Assembly (NCBI GenBank): GCA_000091205.1 | Contig: AP006484.2 | DNA length: 64,000 nucleotides | Source of the DNA: Cyanidioschyzon merolae | Taxonomy: Eukaryota | Direction: 5' to 3' (one strand) | In this document: in pieces, positions 59,213 to 64,000 of the stretch | How the letters are laid out: each line of letters starts with the position of its first letter | Position numbering within the stretch: the stretch's first letter is position 1 | Program-made: the position numbers and the translations under genes | The notes under the pieces: model-generated | Seen by the model: only the letters and a program-made list of their open reading frames with translations | Database searches by the model: none | What the model was told of the DNA's origin: nothing

Positions 59213-61509
59213 ATAATGCCGTCGTGGAGGGCGCGAGTCCCCTGCCTGAAAATACCCTGGCCATCGCCGTACCTCCGAATCAAGAGAACGGAGCCGACGA
59301 CCTCATGAGGAAAGCCGATGACGCTTCTTAGCTTTTCCAGAGTTCCGCTTGATCGAGATTCGGGCATCTTCGACACCGGCAGGGACACCCAGATGAGAAG
59401 AGTCGGCGTCTGGACCCATGTCGATGCTCGTTGCAACGTATCGAGCATATAGCGATGCTTTATTCGCTTCATGGAGATTGGCCGTGAGCACCCGTATGGC
59501 TCAGGGCCACGACCTCTGGCAGGGGGATATGGGATCGTACTGGGTCGCCAACGCTATCGGTTGTATGGGGGCAAGTAGTGTGCATTCACTTCCCTTTTCA
59601 ATGAGTTATGAGAGGAAATCACGCGGAAGGCGCGTCATTTGGTGGTATCCTATGGCGCTGGATGTGCTGCGGCATGCAATGCTTGCACTCCTGCTCCCCC
59701 TCTGACGAGAGAGTACAACGACTGCAGGGATCGATGCTGTACGATTTTTATGGATGCATTCTTGTCGACATACACGCATCACGAGCAGTGCTGCACCACG
59801 AAAACTATGAGGGAGGAATCGAGCGACACAGTATCCGAAGCGCGAGATGACTGGCGGGCTAAGCTGACCGAACGATAGATAGCGAGCGAATCAAAGATGA
59901 TAGGCTTGCTATGGTGTATTGTCACCAGTAAGAGAACGCGCAAGCATTTCCTCTACCAATACCGCAACGTTGCGATCAGCAAACGGAGTAATCTCGTGCG
60001 TTCGGAGCGTTTAGCGGCACGGCGTCGAACGAACTTCTAGGGAATCGTTTCGTACTCCGCATGGGCAGTGTGCTTGGACACGGACGACGTCCCGTGACGG
60101 AACCTGTTGTCAAATGCGAGGGTATTGGATTCTGGGCGGAGCTACGTACGGGCATGGTAGGAGTCAGCACCCGAATAAGGCTGGAACTCCGTATTTAGGT
60201 ACATACAATGGGAACGAGTTTTCAGGGCAATTCATGAACGTTCGTATTTGCCCATGATGCGACGTTTCTGTTGATGAGCAAGCAAATGTGAGTATCATTA
60301 GGGAGCTCACTTCTGGACAGCATGATGCTGTGACTCTACGCATAGACCTACGCTTCTCGAAGGCAGCCGCTTTATGACACGGGGCGATAAAATCAACGTC
60401 GATACCCGCCAGCATCCAAAATACTATCTGGATTGTGGTGCCTCGCATCGTTCAAGCGTTCCGAAGGGTGCGTTGCTTCCAAAGCGTTCCAGGTATTCTG
60501 CGTTACTTTCGCAGATGCAGCATGCTGTCTCGCTAGGTGCAGAGCGATCACGGGCAATTCGGCTTAAGGCGCATGATGGAAGCTTCCGATCTTGCAGTTA
60601 TCTCGAGTGCCGGTCTTCATGGCCAGTGCACGTGGAAACGTTGTCTTTGAAAAGTTTCGTGAGAGCGATCGCACGGAACTCGACGGGTTTTCGGAGACAC
60701 TTCAACACAAGCACCTTGCCGCAGACGTGATCGATCTAGATGCGGCTGGGGCATAGCATCGTGCATCGATTCGAAGCATTGCTCCACAATAAGCAGCAAA
60801 TGAGCAACGCAGCTGTGGATATCGGGGAGAGGTTCGCGATCGACACGCCTCTTCGCGCAAAGAGCGCTCCATCGCGTCGACATTCACAGGGGTCATCGTG
60901 CTGGTAGACCCGCCTTGGAACACTAGCAATGCATTGTCTCGATGGATACGTATTCGTCACGAGGATTGATACCTTGGCTTTGAAGCAGCAGTCTCTTCAT
61001 GAGACAGCTGCTTCAAACCAGTGCCGCCTCGGCCAGCAACGTCAGCAGCGTATCGATGCGCTGACCCATAAACCATCCACACATGCACCACTGTCGGTGA
61101 AACGCTTACTCACCTTCCCTAGCTTCCACCGAAACAAAAACTTTCATTTAATTGGCGTATTTAGAACTAGATAGTCACTCAGCTCAGAAACGATATAGAA
61201 TCATTCCGTCGTCCTGAGCAAGGGGTAGTTTGGATCCAGTGCATCTCTGGCCTTGTGCGACGCTCGCGTTCCCCTGATCGGCTTGCTTACGAGGCAATTG
61301 TTACTCAAGAGTCACGGTCCACAAGTGAAAAGCAACGGTCGCTGGTACAGAGCCGAAAATCCCCACCGATTCGAGTGCAACAGTTGCTTGGGCGCACCGA
61401 ACCCGAAGCAGTCAAAGCCAATCATCACTTGAAGACTGCACCTCTTGCCACGCTGCTTGACCCTTATCAGCGACATAGACCTTGACTGGAATCTGTCGTC
61501 AAGAGTTAC

Positions 61510-62520
61510 CTAGTGCTCGATCGTGCCCACCCGAGTCAGCGGCCAGTAACGAAATACGGCACGTCCGATGACGTTACGCTCGGGGAGGAAACCCCAAACA
61601 TGCGAATCCAGCGAGTTGCTCCGATTATCGCCCAATACGACCAGATAGCCGTCAGGGACCTGGACGGGACCCCATTGATAATCCGGACTTTCGGCAATGT
61701 AGGTCTCGATCTGCGCCTCTCCGTTGACATAGAGTCGCCCGTCGCGAATCTCGACAACATCACCACCCAGAGCAACCACACGTTTAATCATCGCATCTCT
61801 AGCACCATACTGGTGCGCACCTGTCTCTCCCGCAGCGTTCAGTGCTTTTGCGGTCTCTTTGCTGGCCTCAATGAGTGCCGGCGGCGGGTAAAAGACCACA
61901 ACGTCGCCTCGTTGGATATGACGACCGAGTTTCAAGGTGACCTTGTCCACAAGCAGCTGATCGCCCACATCAAACGTCGGATACATGGAGAGCGATGGAA
62001 TGTAGCGTGGCTCTACGACGAAAGCGCGAATGAACACAGCTGCTAAAAACGAGGCCGTAAACACGCGCACGTCCGCAAACTTGTCGTCGCGCCACAAGCG
62101 CTGCCACCAGACTTGCCACTGCTGCACAACAGGGATTTTTTGTGTCGCTGACGTCGCTGCTGGCGCTGGAGACGTATCGTCCGACTCCTCACTAGTCGAC
62201 CATCGTTCGCGGACTTTCTCAACGAGCTCCTCAGTCGCTTGCTCGGTGAGCATGCGCTGCTCTATCGAGCTTGTCCCCCAGGCGACGTCAGGTAGGCTCT
62301 CTGGCTTCCCGTTCACTTCACCAGGCACCGCTGCGGTGTTCTGCCGCTCATCGTTGCGCGAGATGCGGGCCAAGCAAGGTCGGAAACGCGACCCAGCCCG
62401 AGACGCTCGCCAGCGAAGTGATAAACACTTTGAAACGCTCCGCGCTGCCCGGGGCCGCAGCACGAACGCCCCCGAGCAAGTGCTGAACGCACAAAGTTGT
62501 CGTGAATTGTACCTGTCCAT
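61510..62520 (-). CDS. Type I signal peptidase (S26 family, bacterial/thylakoidal-processing-peptidase-like) with Arg/Ser-rich N-terminal presequence
   Basis: Catalytic boxes are present: PSLSMYPTF (Ser box B), IKRVVALGGD (Lys box D) and YLVVLGDNRSNSLDSHVWGFLPERNVIGRAVFRYWP (box E, GDNRNNS.DSR). The ATG start is followed by an R/S-rich, acid-poor 40 aa (MDRYNSRQLCAFSTCSGAFVLRPRAARSVSKCLSLRWRASRAGSR), typical of an organellar transit peptide. Confidence 0.8.
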   Translation of the reverse strand: MDRYNSRQLCAFSTCSGAFVLRPRAARSVSKCLSLRWRASRAGSRFRPCLARISRNDERQNTAAVPGEVNGKPESLPDVAWGTSSIEQRMLTEQATEELVEKVRERWSTSEESDDTSPAPAATSATQKIPVVQQWQVWWQRLWRDDKFADVRVFTASFLAAVFIRAFVVEPRYIPSLSMYPTFDVGDQLLVDKVTLKLGRHIQRGDVVVFYPPPALIEASKETAKALNAAGETGAHQYGARDAMIKRVVALGGDVVEIRDGRLYVNGEAQIETYIAESPDYQWGPVQVPDGYLVVLGDNRSNSLDSHVWGFLPERNVIGRAVFRYWPLTRVGTIEH

Positions 62521-62760
62521 ACACGTATTTGGCTGGCAAGCACCCGTTTTCCCTCAAGCTCAACTGACCACGTACGCTTCACAAAGCGCTTGTGCAACGT
62601 TTGACACAAACACAAACGCAAGCTAAAGAACGTTGGGTGTGTGTGTGTGGAGATCGTTGCATCACGCGCCTGTCAGGGCGCGCCGGCGTGATAGTCGCCG
62701 GCGCGCTTCTCCAGCGCACACCTGGGTGCCGTGCGATATACCTGCAGGTGCTCCTGCTGT

Positions 62761-63085
62761 GTTTGCTGCGTTCATGGTATTGTGCGAGGTCCCGTAGGTA
62801 CGCGACTGCGTTGAAAGCAGGTTTAGGCTTCTGCTCCTTCAGTGTTTGCTGCGTTCATGGTATTGTGCGAGGTCCCGTAGGTACGCGACTGCGTTGAAAG
62901 CAGGTTTAGGCTTCTGCTCCTGCAGTGTTTGCTGCGTTCATGGTATTGTGTGAGGTCCCGTAGGTACGCGACTGCGTTGAAAGCAGGTTTAGGCTTCTGC
63001 TCCTGCAGTGTTTGCTGCGTTCATGGTATTGTGCGAGGTCCCGTAGGTACGAGACTGCGTTGAATGCAGGTTTAGGCTTCCCTCG
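62761..63085. repeat. 83-bp tandem repeat, 4 copies
   Basis: Unit gtttgctgcgttcatggtattgtgcgaggtcccgtaggtacgcgactgcgttgaaagcaggtttaggcttctgctcct[t/g]cagt begins at 62761, 62844, 62927 and 63010, with a few substitutions. Confidence 0.85.
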
Positions 63086-64000
63086 CGGAGCATCATCTGC
63101 TTGCTCTATTCATATCATTCGATTTTTTAGATCATTTTTGTAAAAGGAATCCATTGGGACTTGAGGGCAAGTCATGAGGGCTTCAGGGTTCGCGGAACGT
63201 TTCAGGAATCCGGTCGTATTTTGGGGCTGTCTCAACCTAGGGTTTGGTACAGCATTTCGTGACGTAGCCGGAATCAAGATGACTCCCGACAACCTAGATC
63301 ACGGGGTTGTAAAATCACATCGTTCACGATCCAACGCTGACGCGCGAATGCCTACGCTTCTCTATTCTTACGTGTCGCGCGCTCAGATCAGACTTGCCTC
63401 AAGTGCTCATTCTTTATGTTTGAGGGTTACGGTTCAGTGCAGCCATTCGCACCAATGGACTGACGAAGGACACATCTCGATATGGTGCCTAGGCGACTTG
63501 CACAGAAGCTCATGTCGAAAAGCTCACCGTTCTTGTCACTACCAATAATCGATTCCGTTCGAATGTCAAGGATTCATTTCCTGATGGCGATCGGCGAGAC
63601 TGCAGTTCAAAGACGCACGATGCCTTTCACGAAGTAGGCATCCAGAGGCTCCCGAATACTATGTTTGTATGGAAACTTAGCTTGGACTCTGAGTCGAGTT
63701 ATGGTAGCGCTCACTTCCGATGGAGCATGCGTCACAGCTTTACATCAAGGGATCCTAGACAGATCGAATTTTCTCGCCTTGTTTTGCAGGTTGGATTTTC
63801 CGTCCAGTACTTGTCCCATGATAAACAAATTCGCAATTCGCAACACCTCTGTATCGAATGGAACAGCGTGCGCTCGCTCGTGCAATGGAAAAGGACTCGC
63901 CAGCGGGACCATTCATCGCAGGTCTCTGATGGATGGGTACGCCCCCCGTCGCAAATAGAGCGAGAGCACTCAAGTGAGCCCTCTGTACCCGTAACGCTCA

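Noticed and set aside
62761-63085. 83-bp tandem array as a CRISPR array
   Set aside because: The units are directly adjacent with no unique spacers, and this is a eukaryotic context.

Overview
This is GC-rich (roughly 55-60%) eukaryotic nuclear DNA with compact, apparently intron-poor genes. Most housekeeping genes form single uninterrupted ORFs that align end-to-end with known protein families, which points to a protist or algal genome; a bacterial-type signal peptidase I hints at a plastid-bearing lineage. Genes recognised with confidence: ATP-citrate lyase subunits A and B as two separate genes about 25 kb apart, an ArgA-type N-acetylglutamate synthase, a dehydrodolichyl-diphosphate synthase (cis-prenyltransferase), the tRNA m1A58 methyltransferase Trm61, a RagC/Gtr2-type GTPase with long low-complexity extensions, a two-domain AAA ATPase, a parvulin PPIase, a small NudC/CS-domain protein, LSm2, a RING-H2 protein, a WD40 protein and an S26 signal peptidase I. 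The most unusual structure is a pair of about 2.4 kb, roughly 98-99% identical inverted repeats (43027-45433 and 56809-59212) flanking an 11.4 kb unique segment. That segment carries a WD40 gene, a 1118-aa protein with a possible HhH-GPD glycosylase-like motif and a poly-acidic tail, and an AT-richer locus (52433-54634). That locus encodes a TnpB/Fanzor-like (OMEGA RuvC nuclease family) protein split over three reading frames, in which all three RuvC catalytic positions and one zinc-finger cysteine appear substituted. The window also holds several tandem repeats and minisatellites (21-bp GCTGCTG/GGATGTG units, 83-bp x4, about 80-bp x3, CA and CAA/GCA microsatellites). No rRNA, tRNA or CRISPR arrays were recognised.
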